Assembly: GCA_016932115.1 (NCBI GenBank)
Contig: JAFGDM010000152.1
Coordinates: 1 to 52,039 of the forward strand
DNA length: 52,039 bases
Direction of reading: 5' to 3'
Source: Deltaproteobacteria bacterium
GTDB lineage: Bacteria; Desulfobacterota; DSM-4660; Desulfatiglandales; HGW-15
The translations under genes were made by a program, and so were the position numbers. Position 1 is the first letter of the stretch, and every line of letters begins with the position of its first letter. Positions 16,879 through 25,151 of this stretch are shown here, piece by piece. The notes beneath the pieces were generated by a model, which did no database searches, was not told the DNA's origin, and saw nothing but the letters and a program-made list of their open reading frames with translations.

Positions 16879-18023
16879 GGCAAGTACTCCATATTCATTA
16901 CTCCTCGGGGACACTCGTAAGAGCATATCCCGCAACCTTTACAATGATAAAGATCGATTATTATTTTACCCTCGTCTTCATCCAACCGGCAGCACGCATC
17001 AGGGCAGGCTATAATGCAGCTTTGACATAAGTTGCAGGTTCCACAGGACAAACACCGAGCGGCCTCGGTAGCAGCGGCTTCATCAGGACCGCCTTTCGCC
17101 CTTTCCAGCAAATCAATAGTTTTTTGGTCCGGCAACCTGCTGAATTTCAGTTCTCCTTTATCCAAAGCAGTAAATGGTTGCGATTCTTCAGTAAAGGCAG
17201 TGCCAAGGATCTGCTCAGTTTGATTGGACGCCCACCTTCCCAAAGCCACAGCTTCTGCCACCTGTACTACCTTGAAACCGGCACCGCCTTCTTTATTTTC
17301 AACATCCAGGTACTGGCCAGCTGAACTAGCAAACTTTTCCAAGGCCCGAGCCTCTGGACTCTCGCTTGGATAAGCTGTCCGATCCAATAGCACCAGATCG
17401 TACTTCCTAGCTCTCACTTCCGAGGCATTTGTTTCTATGTCGAGGCCACTGACCGAGATCAGCCTCCTTATCTCTCTTTCCAGCACTTCGGAGGATAGTC
17501 TCCCTTCCGGTAAATCTCTCAAAAAACCCCCCAAACGGTCTGAAGGTTCCAAGATTGTGATCAAATAACCCTTCATAGCCAAAAAATATGCGGCGGAAAG
17601 CCCGGCTGGCCCGGAACCGCAAACAGCAATCTTTCGGCCCTTGGCAGCTCGTCTAGTTAGCCTGGGTATCCCGCCCTTATCCGCCGTAAGACGTTCCAAA
17701 TCCTTTATCGAAACGGCACTATCCAGATCTTTTCTCACGCATGCGGTCTGGCAGGGGTGATAACACAAACGCCCCGTTATGCCGGGCATAGGATTGACCT
17801 CAAGCAGCCTGACTAAGGCCGTTCCCCAGTCACCCTCCAGAACGGCTTGAATAAATTGGGGAATGGGTTGACCTATGGGACAACCTCTTATACAAGGCGC
17901 GATCTTGTTCATCCACACCGGGGTTAAGAGGCGCCATGTCCCCGTCTTGTTCCAAGTCATATCCTCAATGGTCAAAGGCATCACCGGTAGTTGCTTGATC
18001 GATTCGATCTTGCATTTCTCCAT
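16875..18023 (-). CDS. Fusion protein: GltD-like N-terminal Fe-S domain + one FAD/NAD dinucleotide fold + C-terminal 2x[4Fe-4S] ferredoxin (OFOR delta-subunit position)
   Basis: CIRGCPIGQPIP...CYHPCQTAC; KIAVCGSGPAGLSAAYFLA; C-terminal CLSCGTCNLCQSCIIACP and CKGCGICSYECP. It sits between the gamma and alpha genes, where porD normally lies. Confidence 0.7.
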   Translation of the reverse strand: MEKCKIESIKQLPVMPLTIEDMTWNKTGTWRLLTPVWMNKIAPCIRGCPIGQPIPQFIQAVLEGDWGTALVRLLEVNPMPGITGRLCYHPCQTACVRKDLDSAVSIKDLERLTADKGGIPRLTRRAAKGRKIAVCGSGPAGLSAAYFLAMKGYLITILEPSDRLGGFLRDLPEGRLSSEVLEREIRRLISVSGLDIETNASEVRARKYDLVLLDRTAYPSESPEARALEKFASSAGQYLDVENKEGGAGFKVVQVAEAVALGRWASNQTEQILGTAFTEESQPFTALDKGELKFSRLPDQKTIDLLERAKGGPDEAAATEAARCLSCGTCNLCQSCIIACPDACCRLDEDEGKIIIDLYHCKGCGICSYECPRGVMNMEYLP

Positions 18024-18589
18024 CAGATCTTCTCCTGGATCTCAACTAGCTCGTAGGCTTGGTATGCAGCCGCCGCATTTTGTTTCTGTTTGCTGGGTAC
18101 GCTCTCTTTAATGGCCTCAATCAGATTCTGCATCTCCAATAACGGTTTTCGAACCACTTTGGCGTATGCACCAAGGATTACCGTGTTTACAATTGGTGCC
18201 AGCCTAGAACCAAGACCGTGAGTCAGCGCAATCTCGTTTGCATTAACTACAGCCTGAATCCCCACTGCTTTAAAGGTCGGAGCATTAGAGGCCACAGGAT
18301 AGTTTAGTATCAAAATAGATTCGGAAGCTAATCCCTTGGTCACATCCACCAGCTCCAAAAGTTTGGGGTCCAAGACCACACAAACATCCGGATTAGTAAT
18401 TTCCCCCCGGGCGCGAGCCCGCGTAACATCCACCCGAACGTAAGCGGCCACAGGTGCTCCCCGACGTTCCATGCCAAAAGCAGGGAAAGCCTGAACAAAA
18501 AGCCCCTGACGGAAATACGCCTTAGCCAGTATCTTGGAGGCGACTACTGCACCTTGACCTCCTCTACCATGTATCCGAATGCCTAGCAT
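18023..18589 (-). CDS. 2-oxoacid:ferredoxin oxidoreductase gamma subunit
   Basis: 188 aa; IRIHGRGGQGAVVASKILA is typical of PorG/VorG. GGAGGAG precedes ATG 18589. Confidence 0.85.
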   Translation of the reverse strand: MLGIRIHGRGGQGAVVASKILAKAYFRQGLFVQAFPAFGMERRGAPVAAYVRVDVTRARARGEITNPDVCVVLDPKLLELVDVTKGLASESILILNYPVASNAPTFKAVGIQAVVNANEIALTHGLGSRLAPIVNTVILGAYAKVVRKPLLEMQNLIEAIKESVPSKQKQNAAAAYQAYELVEIQEKI

Positions 18590-18660
18590 CAGCTACTCCT
18601 CCACTTTCCGGCTAGTTACGTAATAGCCCAACTGACTTACTCGTCACCCATGGATAAAGT

Positions 18661-18698
18661 AAAAAACAAGCCTCTGTTTCCGCATAAAGAGCCGAGGC
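18661..18698 (-). terminator. Candidate intrinsic terminator or attenuator between the lactonase-like gene and the OFOR genes
   Basis: On the minus strand there is a GCCUC...GAGGC hairpin with inner UUU/AAA pairs, followed by TTGTTTTTT. It lies in a 210-nt spacer. Confidence 0.35.
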
Positions 18699-18799
18699 AC
18701 ATGTAACGCCTCTTGCCCTCCATGTTGGCAAGGAACTTTGCTGAGAGCCGGAGAAACCGCCAGCGCCCTTATTGAGGTGTATTGCTCTGACTTCTCCCG

Positions 18800-19891
18800 T
18801 CAGTCTATCTGATATTTGGTGCCTGGTCCGTATTCCAAACTGGTGCGCCAATCCACACGCTCCCTATTATCCGGGTACCGGCACCGCCCTGCATCCATAT
18901 CATCCGGATGGATATATCGGGTTCCCGGCAGCAAGCTGACAACCTTCATCTTGGGGCGGCCTGATTCCTTATTCTTACGTTCCACTATGTCCTCCAGGTA
19001 TGCCGGATCTTCATAGCAATTGGCCCAATTGTCATGATGCATGGGCAGTATTACTTTTGTTCCCAAAGCCTCGGCCACTCGCCACAGGTCCCAGGGAGAC
19101 ATCTTGTCGGTATAGCCGGGAGCGTTGTTACCCATAGCCATGGAAACGACGTCGATTTTGTATTTATCGCCCACCATCTTGTAAGCGTTATCGTAAAGCG
19201 AGTCCCCCAAAAAGGCGATGTTGCCTCCTTGCGTGTTGAAAATATATGCTACCGCCACTTCCGAGAAGGGAGGCGGGGTATCAAAGCCGGTCTTGGTTGC
19301 TATGATGTCATAATTTGGAGCAAAATCGATCTTCATATCTTCGATCTGAACGCTTTCTCCGACTTTGGCCACGATGAGTCGATCATCAGGGATACCCATG
19401 TTCTTCTTCATGCGGCGAGCTGCTTCGGGCGGCGCAATAAACTTGCATTTGGAGGTTTGCAGGGCCGCGCTGATAGTATAGAAGTCCATGTGGTCCTGAT
19501 GATGATGGGTCACGCAAACCGCATCAATCCTCTTGAATTTCCAGGGATCTATGACCATGGGGTGAATACGCATCCACCACAGCTTGTCGGCCCCGCTGGT
19601 CCGGCAGACACCGCAGTAGGACCGATCGGTAAAGAGACTGGGACCGGCATAGTTGTCAATCAGAAAAACCGCCCCAGCCTGGCTCTTAATGGCGCAGGAC
19701 ATAGCCCCAAAATACCACAGAGCTCCGGTGCCGGGCTTTACCTCAAATTGGTCTATTTCATAATTGAGGTAAGCTCCCCATTCAGGGAAAACTTCCTTCA
19801 GCCAGATGTCTCGATTCATCTCGCGGGGCAAACCAATGGTGCCCCCGTCCATAACTCCTCGTTCATCATACTTGACGACCTTTTCACTCAT
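18800..19891 (-). CDS. UlaG-family metallo-beta-lactamase-fold lactonase/hydrolase
   Basis: Aligns by eye along its whole length with E. coli UlaG. Matching segments: FPEWGAYLNYEIDQFEVKPGTGALWYFG, IDAVCVTHHHQDHMD, YTDKMSPWD, PMHHDNWAN. ATG 19891 is preceded by AGGAGGG. Confidence 0.8.
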   Translation of the reverse strand: MSEKVVKYDERGVMDGGTIGLPREMNRDIWLKEVFPEWGAYLNYEIDQFEVKPGTGALWYFGAMSCAIKSQAGAVFLIDNYAGPSLFTDRSYCGVCRTSGADKLWWMRIHPMVIDPWKFKRIDAVCVTHHHQDHMDFYTISAALQTSKCKFIAPPEAARRMKKNMGIPDDRLIVAKVGESVQIEDMKIDFAPNYDIIATKTGFDTPPPFSEVAVAYIFNTQGGNIAFLGDSLYDNAYKMVGDKYKIDVVSMAMGNNAPGYTDKMSPWDLWRVAEALGTKVILPMHHDNWANCYEDPAYLEDIVERKNKESGRPKMKVVSLLPGTRYIHPDDMDAGRCRYPDNRERVDWRTSLEYGPGTKYQID

Positions 19892-19997
19892 TTTTCCCTC
19901 CTGCAGATCAATTATTCTAGGCAATCTTCATTTAAATAATCTTTTTCCTTATGCTGACTTCGGAAACGTCATAATCATGCCTCCGGTCAGATCTTTC

Positions 19998-20294
19998 TCA
20001 CCAAAATGTCAGCACGTCTCCCTCCTTTATTAAGGTTTCGGGGTCAACGATGCTGAAGCTTGGGTATCCTTTGCGTCGACAAATGATAGCCGTATTCTGA
20101 TTGAACATGCCATCCGGCGGGTTATATACATTCATAAACCCAGGGTACGCTGCCTCCAGACGATCTAGGACGCCTGCAATATCTTGCGTGCCGGTGATAT
20201 CCAGAGCCTCCCGCACGCGACCAGTCATAACTGCCGTCCGGCCGACGTATTTGACATAAACATATTTTCGGGGGGATTTGTGCTCTTCGGACAT
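19998..20294 (-). CDS. MoaD/ThiS-like beta-grasp protein lacking the C-terminal Gly-Gly
   Basis: The pattern VYVKYVG...LIKEGDVLTFW resembles MoaD (..DGDEVAFFPPVSGG), but the protein ends right after the F/W. The start overlaps the end of the AOR gene region. Confidence 0.55.
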   Translation of the reverse strand: MSEEHKSPRKYVYVKYVGRTAVMTGRVREALDITGTQDIAGVLDRLEAAYPGFMNVYNPPDGMFNQNTAIICRRKGYPSFSIVDPETLIKEGDVLTFW

Positions 20295-20308
20295 AAATCC
20301 TCTCCTGG

Positions 20309-22210
20309 TCATGCCAGCAACCCGCGTTGCTTCAGATCATCCGCAACAATCTGCAAGCCCAAATTCCTCAAAGTTTCTTCCTTGGGAATGGCTGTTTTCT
20401 GATCCCACCCGCGAATCTCATAATATTGATCCAGCATCACTGACAGGTTTTCTCCGATTGGCGGTATGCCGTGTTCTACTATGGGATCTTCCAACATCCT
20501 GCGGGGCAAGGTATCATGTTCGCGGCGGAAACCCTCCCGCACAATATACGCCCTCTCTAAGTTGACGATACGGGTACCAATTTTTAGAAATTCCTGGACA
20601 TCGCCTTCTTCCCCAGTGCACGAGTTATAAAGGTCCAACCACAAGCTCATATCTATGCCCAATAAGCCCCTAATCATATACACACAACTGGGCAAGCTCT
20701 CAACAATGGCGCGGCTATCGTATAGCCACTTGACCAGCCGCCCTTTATCTTCGACCGACCTAGTCTGAAAAGCCGAATAAGGATCAAATGGCAACTCCAT
20801 ATCTGAAGGAATGGACTTCGGATTGGGGGGATAGGGAGGATACCAGCGAGTATGGTCCGGGCCACACTCACACACCGCCAATGCCAAAGCCATTTGGTAG
20901 CCGTTCCTCTGGGGCATCCTCTCAATTTCTTTGCCTTTGATGCTCAAGGTATATCGTTCTGAGCCTCGCCCCACAAGTCTCGCTGCCTCGTCTACTCCTT
21001 TGGCCAGCACGTCTCCAAACCCCTTGCGCTGAATAATGCGCTCAGTCATGGTTAGAAATTCATCGGCCTTGCCGAAGCGAAGTTCTAATCCATCCGTGTC
21101 CTTGCGACTGATGATGCCACGTTCGTAACACTCCATTGCCCAGGCAATTGAATACATGGCCTGATCCTCATCCAGCCCTGCTCTGTTACACATGTCCCTG
21201 AATTTTATCACATGGGGATAAGAAGCAATTCCAACTATTGGTGCAGCCTGGGCAAATCCGACTTCACGCTCATCCCCACCGGTGCCCGCAAAAAGTCCTT
21301 CCTTGATCTCGTAGCGCCGCCCGCAAGCCGGAAATGGACAACAAAAACTGGACTCGGGCCTAACCACATAGCGGTCAAGGTACTCTACGTCATTGAGCAT
21401 GGGTTCAAAAAACCCCCTTTGCCCATTGTGAGCATGAACCCAACCGTTCTCATTGAATAGTTCAAGCAGCATATTTGCGCTGTTGAAAGACCAGGAAGGA
21501 ACAAACAAATCCTTGGTGCTTTTCAAGTCAAAAGTCTGCCTAAACTTCCTGTAAGTTTCCAGAAAGCGTGTTCCATCGGCAAGGGACACTATGCCTGATC
21601 CCTTTACAGCGATTGCAGCCAGTTTTTTGTCCCCCATGATCGTGCCGCAACCCTTACCGCCAGAATGGTCTAACGTAAATTGCACCTTGGCATTGGCCAC
21701 CAGATTTTCTCCAGCCGGTCCAATTGAAGCAACATGAATTCCGCTGATACCTGTCTTTGCCCGGATTAGCTTGTGCTTTTCCTTGGTGTCTTTACCCCAA
21801 AGCCAAGCGGCATCCAGAAGTTCCACCTGGTCATCCACAATAAGCAACCAGACCGGACTGGCCGCCTTGTTTTCCAAAATGATCACGTCGTAACCGGCAA
21901 ATTTCAGCTCAGCCGCCCAGTGCCCCCCTGCCCCGCCCTCTCCAAGAAACCGGTTGGGATGCTTAGTGAGAATGGAAACTCGCCCCATGCCGATGGGGGT
22001 CCCCTCCAGGGGCCCAGCCCCAAATATAAGTTTGTTTTCCGGATCGAACGGTCCTATCTCAGGTCCGACTTCACTGTAAAGGTAAGCTGTATTGAGACCG
22101 CGACAACCTATGAAATCGCGAGTCATTGTGCGGGAAAGCTCTTCCTTGGTCACCTTACCCGCAGCTAGATCAACCCGGAGTATTGTCCCTGTCCAACCAT
22201 GCCAAGTCAT
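20309..22210 (-). CDS. aor: Tungsten/molybdopterin aldehyde:ferredoxin oxidoreductase family enzyme
   Basis: The N-terminus MTWHGWTGTILRVDLAAGKVTKEE...FIGCRGLNTAYLY...ENKLIFGAGPLEG is typical of AOR. 633 aa. ATGA overlap with the upstream ferredoxin, and AAAGGAGGAG before ATG 22210. Confidence 0.9.
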   Translation of the reverse strand: MTWHGWTGTILRVDLAAGKVTKEELSRTMTRDFIGCRGLNTAYLYSEVGPEIGPFDPENKLIFGAGPLEGTPIGMGRVSILTKHPNRFLGEGGAGGHWAAELKFAGYDVIILENKAASPVWLLIVDDQVELLDAAWLWGKDTKEKHKLIRAKTGISGIHVASIGPAGENLVANAKVQFTLDHSGGKGCGTIMGDKKLAAIAVKGSGIVSLADGTRFLETYRKFRQTFDLKSTKDLFVPSWSFNSANMLLELFNENGWVHAHNGQRGFFEPMLNDVEYLDRYVVRPESSFCCPFPACGRRYEIKEGLFAGTGGDEREVGFAQAAPIVGIASYPHVIKFRDMCNRAGLDEDQAMYSIAWAMECYERGIISRKDTDGLELRFGKADEFLTMTERIIQRKGFGDVLAKGVDEAARLVGRGSERYTLSIKGKEIERMPQRNGYQMALALAVCECGPDHTRWYPPYPPNPKSIPSDMELPFDPYSAFQTRSVEDKGRLVKWLYDSRAIVESLPSCVYMIRGLLGIDMSLWLDLYNSCTGEEGDVQEFLKIGTRIVNLERAYIVREGFRREHDTLPRRMLEDPIVEHGIPPIGENLSVMLDQYYEIRGWDQKTAIPKEETLRNLGLQIVADDLKQRGLLA

Positions 22211-22590
22211 AACTCCTCCTTTCTCAGTTCGCGCCAAGGATAAGGATACTTCCAAGGTACAATCAATTTAAAGACAGGCTGAACCCTCCGGGCCTTCTCC
22301 CACGAGGTCCTTTTTCTTTCAAAATCCTCTCGGTTGGTAAAAATCAGACAACCGGTAGGGCACATTTCCACGCAAATCGGTTCTCCAACTTCGTTCCTTT
22401 CGCATATTCCTGAACAATCCAGTTCAGGGATATTCAATTTGCCTTCCATGTCAGAATGCAAATGGATGTGACCAGCATCCGGAGCAAACCCCCTACGCTT
22501 ACCGGTTATGAACCCACACCAAATTTCACAGTTGCGGCATCCGCTGCAAAGGTCACTGGATACAACGAAAACCTTGGAATCAGAGTCCAT
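22207..22590 (-). CDS. 4Fe-4S dicluster ferredoxin-like protein (probable electron-transfer partner of AOR)
   Basis: CSGCRNCEIWC and CSGICERNEVGEPICVEMCP Cys motifs. Translationally coupled to the AOR gene. Confidence 0.75.
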   Translation of the reverse strand: MDSDSKVFVVSSDLCSGCRNCEIWCGFITGKRRGFAPDAGHIHLHSDMEGKLNIPELDCSGICERNEVGEPICVEMCPTGCLIFTNREDFERKRTSWEKARRVQPVFKLIVPWKYPYPWRELRKEEL

Positions 22591-22612
22591 GTTAATAGAT
22601 GCCCTCCTCGAG

Positions 22613-23221
22613 TCACACTGCCACCGCCGATATACCTTTTCGGAAAGCGGTCAGGTTCAGTTCCGTCTTGCTGCCAGGAACCGAGGTTTTAATCTCTTCC
22701 TCCACTAAGGAGGCCTCCAAAGGCAAAAGTCCCACACCCACCAGACCGCCCAGCATGACTATATTGACTACTATCGGGGCTCCGAGATCCAAGGCCATGC
22801 GGGTAGCATTGAAGAAAAAGGCCCGACCCGAAGCCTTGGACACAGCCCTGCGGATGTCATCCTCTCCTGGGTACTCGGCCCTTCGCGATAATACTGCCAC
22901 CGGGTATATGGGCTCTGTGTTCACAACAGCTGCCACCTTTGGGTTGCCATAACGGCTTAGCACCCTGAGAGCTTCCAGGGCTTCCAGGCTTATTATGGCG
23001 TTGGCGTGACCATCAGGTACGATGGGTCCGTAAATCCTTTTTTTAGAGATCCTAACTGCGGAAAATACGGATCCGCCTCTCTGTGCGGCTCCGAAGGTTT
23101 CCCCTATATTCACGTAATATCCGGCTTTGAACATTAGGCGGCCTACTATGCGCGACAATAGAATGTTACCTTGTCCACCGATGCCGGATACAATCAAGTT
23201 GAAAGGATCAGGCCTAATCAT
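22613..23221 (-). CDS. iorB: Indolepyruvate:ferredoxin oxidoreductase beta subunit
   Basis: 202 aa; VSGIGGQGNILLSRIVG is a gamma-type OFOR domain. 4-nt overlap with iorA. Confidence 0.85.
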   Translation of the reverse strand: MIRPDPFNLIVSGIGGQGNILLSRIVGRLMFKAGYYVNIGETFGAAQRGGSVFSAVRISKKRIYGPIVPDGHANAIISLEALEALRVLSRYGNPKVAAVVNTEPIYPVAVLSRRAEYPGEDDIRRAVSKASGRAFFFNATRMALDLGAPIVVNIVMLGGLVGVGLLPLEASLVEEEIKTSVPGSKTELNLTAFRKGISAVAV

Positions 23222-25131
23222 CTCCGAACATCTTTCTTTTTTATGATGGCCTTAAAGGGGCATATATCCGCGCAAACGCCGCAGCCGGCACAAAGCTCAT
23301 GCTTCAGTCCAGCCTTGCCGGTGACCGGATTTTGGAATATAGCCGGGCAGCGAAAAGAACTGCTGCATATGGCGCACTCCTCTCCCTTACAGGCCAATTC
23401 ATCAATTTCTATATCAAAGGGATGCGTTTTTTCAGCCTTCATGCGTACGATTTCGCAGCTTCGGTGCATAATTAGAACTTGAACGCCTTCTCGTTTCAGC
23501 AAGTTTCGAATAGTTCTGACGGAAGCCTTGATCTCGAAAGGATCAGCAACTGTGACTTGGCATCCTAAGCTCCGGCAGATTTCGGCTATATCCATGCGGG
23601 GAGCCTCATCCCCCAACGCATTCTTACCTGTTCCTGGATGTGCCTGAAACCCGGTCATGGCTGTTGCGGAGTTATCCAGTATGATTTGCAGCATCTTAGA
23701 ATTGTTGTAAACAGCATTGATCAGTCGTGGCACGGAGCTATGGAAAAATGAAGAATCTCCGCACACCGCTATGACTGGTTGAAGGTATTTGAAGGGTTCT
23801 AATTGTCCCAAACCTGCTGCAGAACCGGTACCCGAGCCCATGGAATGAAGGAGCTTGATCTGCTCCTTGCCCTCAGGGAAAACATCGAGAGTTGAGCAGC
23901 CTATTTCGCCGGTCACATACGCGTCCCGGCCGTCGGCTTTGACCGCTTTGTCAAGGGCCCAAAAGCTGGCGCGATGAGGACATCCTGCGCACCAGGTCAG
24001 GCCGCGGTTGATGATCAAGGGATTCAAATCTTTCTCGATTATGTCTCGATAATCCTGGCTGAAAGACTCGTAAGGGATGCCGGTAATGTCGGCTAGCGCT
24101 CTGGCAACCGGGTCCGGGGCGATCTCGCCTACCAAAGGCAAATGTCCCGAACCCTGCCCATAGATTTTTATACCGCTCATGCCGCCGTCCAAGATGCTCT
24201 CTTTAACCAAAGACTCAACAAATGAGTCGACTTCCTCAACGACCAGAACTTTGCCGGCTTTTTTTAGGTGTTTGCGCACAAACTTGGACGGAAAGGGCCA
24301 AAGCGTGACAAGTTTTACGAACCCAATCAGGTCTTGCAGCCCTAATAGCTCAGCCGCTTCATGCGCGCAGAGATATCCTGCACCCGAACAAACGATGATC
24401 AGATCGGGCTTCTCCGGCCCTTCATAGCTGTTAAAGGGGCAAGCCTCAAACTCCCGCCGGATCTTGTCCAGCTTTTCCGATAGAGCTGTGTGTTTGGTAA
24501 TCGCCAAGTAAGGATTTAGGCTTATGGAAGTGTCCGAGTACAGCTGATTTTGTTTCCTGCGAGTCCTACCCATGGTCACCGGACTGCTGGAATGGCAAAG
24601 GCGGGTATAACCGCGGTAAAAAATGAGTTGCCCGTGTCGTTCCGAAAGGTCGAACGCGTATTTTACCAGGTCCAGGGCCTGCTGACAGGTGAGGGGCTCC
24701 AGCATCGGAGTAGAGGCAAACCGGGCCAACCAGCGGGAGTCTGTTTCATCGCCGCTGGAGTGCCCGTGAGGATCGTCGCAGACCACGGTAACCATGGCAC
24801 CGTCACGATTCCCCAGACCCGTGTAAGCAAAATGGGTTAAAAAATCCAATGCCACACTCAAGCCAGCGTTCTTCATGGCTGACAAGCTTCGCAGACCCGC
24901 TGTGGCCGCTGCTCCTGCTCCTTCCACAGCAGCCAGTTCGTTGGTGGACCACTCTACATGAAGACGACCCTCTGCAGCTACCTGAGCTAAGGTCGCAACG
25001 ATTTCCGAGGAAGGCGTACCGGGATATCCGGTAACGAAATTCACACCGGACTCCAGCGCGCCCCTTGCTATAGCCTCATTGCCAAGAAGAAAATGTGTGC
25101 TTCCTGTTTCATATTGATCAATTGTCGCCAT
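23218..25131 (-). CDS. iorA: Indolepyruvate:ferredoxin oxidoreductase alpha subunit
   Basis: 637 aa. The N-terminus LLGNEAIARGALESGVNFVTGYPGTPSSEI, TPP motif GDSSFFHS, and C-terminal CAICSSSFRCP / CAGCGVCADICP clusters are present. Confidence 0.9.
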   Translation of the reverse strand: MATIDQYETGSTHFLLGNEAIARGALESGVNFVTGYPGTPSSEIVATLAQVAAEGRLHVEWSTNELAAVEGAGAAATAGLRSLSAMKNAGLSVALDFLTHFAYTGLGNRDGAMVTVVCDDPHGHSSGDETDSRWLARFASTPMLEPLTCQQALDLVKYAFDLSERHGQLIFYRGYTRLCHSSSPVTMGRTRRKQNQLYSDTSISLNPYLAITKHTALSEKLDKIRREFEACPFNSYEGPEKPDLIIVCSGAGYLCAHEAAELLGLQDLIGFVKLVTLWPFPSKFVRKHLKKAGKVLVVEEVDSFVESLVKESILDGGMSGIKIYGQGSGHLPLVGEIAPDPVARALADITGIPYESFSQDYRDIIEKDLNPLIINRGLTWCAGCPHRASFWALDKAVKADGRDAYVTGEIGCSTLDVFPEGKEQIKLLHSMGSGTGSAAGLGQLEPFKYLQPVIAVCGDSSFFHSSVPRLINAVYNNSKMLQIILDNSATAMTGFQAHPGTGKNALGDEAPRMDIAEICRSLGCQVTVADPFEIKASVRTIRNLLKREGVQVLIMHRSCEIVRMKAEKTHPFDIEIDELACKGEECAICSSSFRCPAIFQNPVTGKAGLKHELCAGCGVCADICPFKAIIKKKDVRR

Positions 25132-25151
25132 TAGACCTTCCTAAACAATCT

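Noticed and set aside
18726-18742. A sigma-54-like TGGCAA-GGAAC-TTTGCT on the + strand.
   Set aside because: The GG-to-GC spacing is 11 rather than 10. It also points antisense into the lactonase gene, with no + strand gene to serve.
18590-18799. A possible Moco/tungsten-cofactor riboswitch in the spacer near the AOR operon.
   Set aside because: I could not match the conserved Moco-motif segments. The spacer also lies downstream of AOR and upstream of the OFOR genes. This is not supportable without a covariance-model search.
19034-19939. A 301-aa ORF on the + strand, antisense to the UlaG-like gene.
   Set aside because: The product is low-complexity and Arg/Gly/His-rich, and the ORF has no SD. 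It lies entirely inside a minus-strand gene with strong family similarity. It is a typical shadow ORF.
20309-22590. The AOR-family enzyme plus ferredoxin as a BamB/BamC-type class II benzoyl-CoA reductase.
   Set aside because: The N-terminus looks like classical aldehyde:ferredoxin oxidoreductases. None of the BamD-I (HdrA-like, NuoEF-like) partners are present nearby. Only a phylogeny could settle it.
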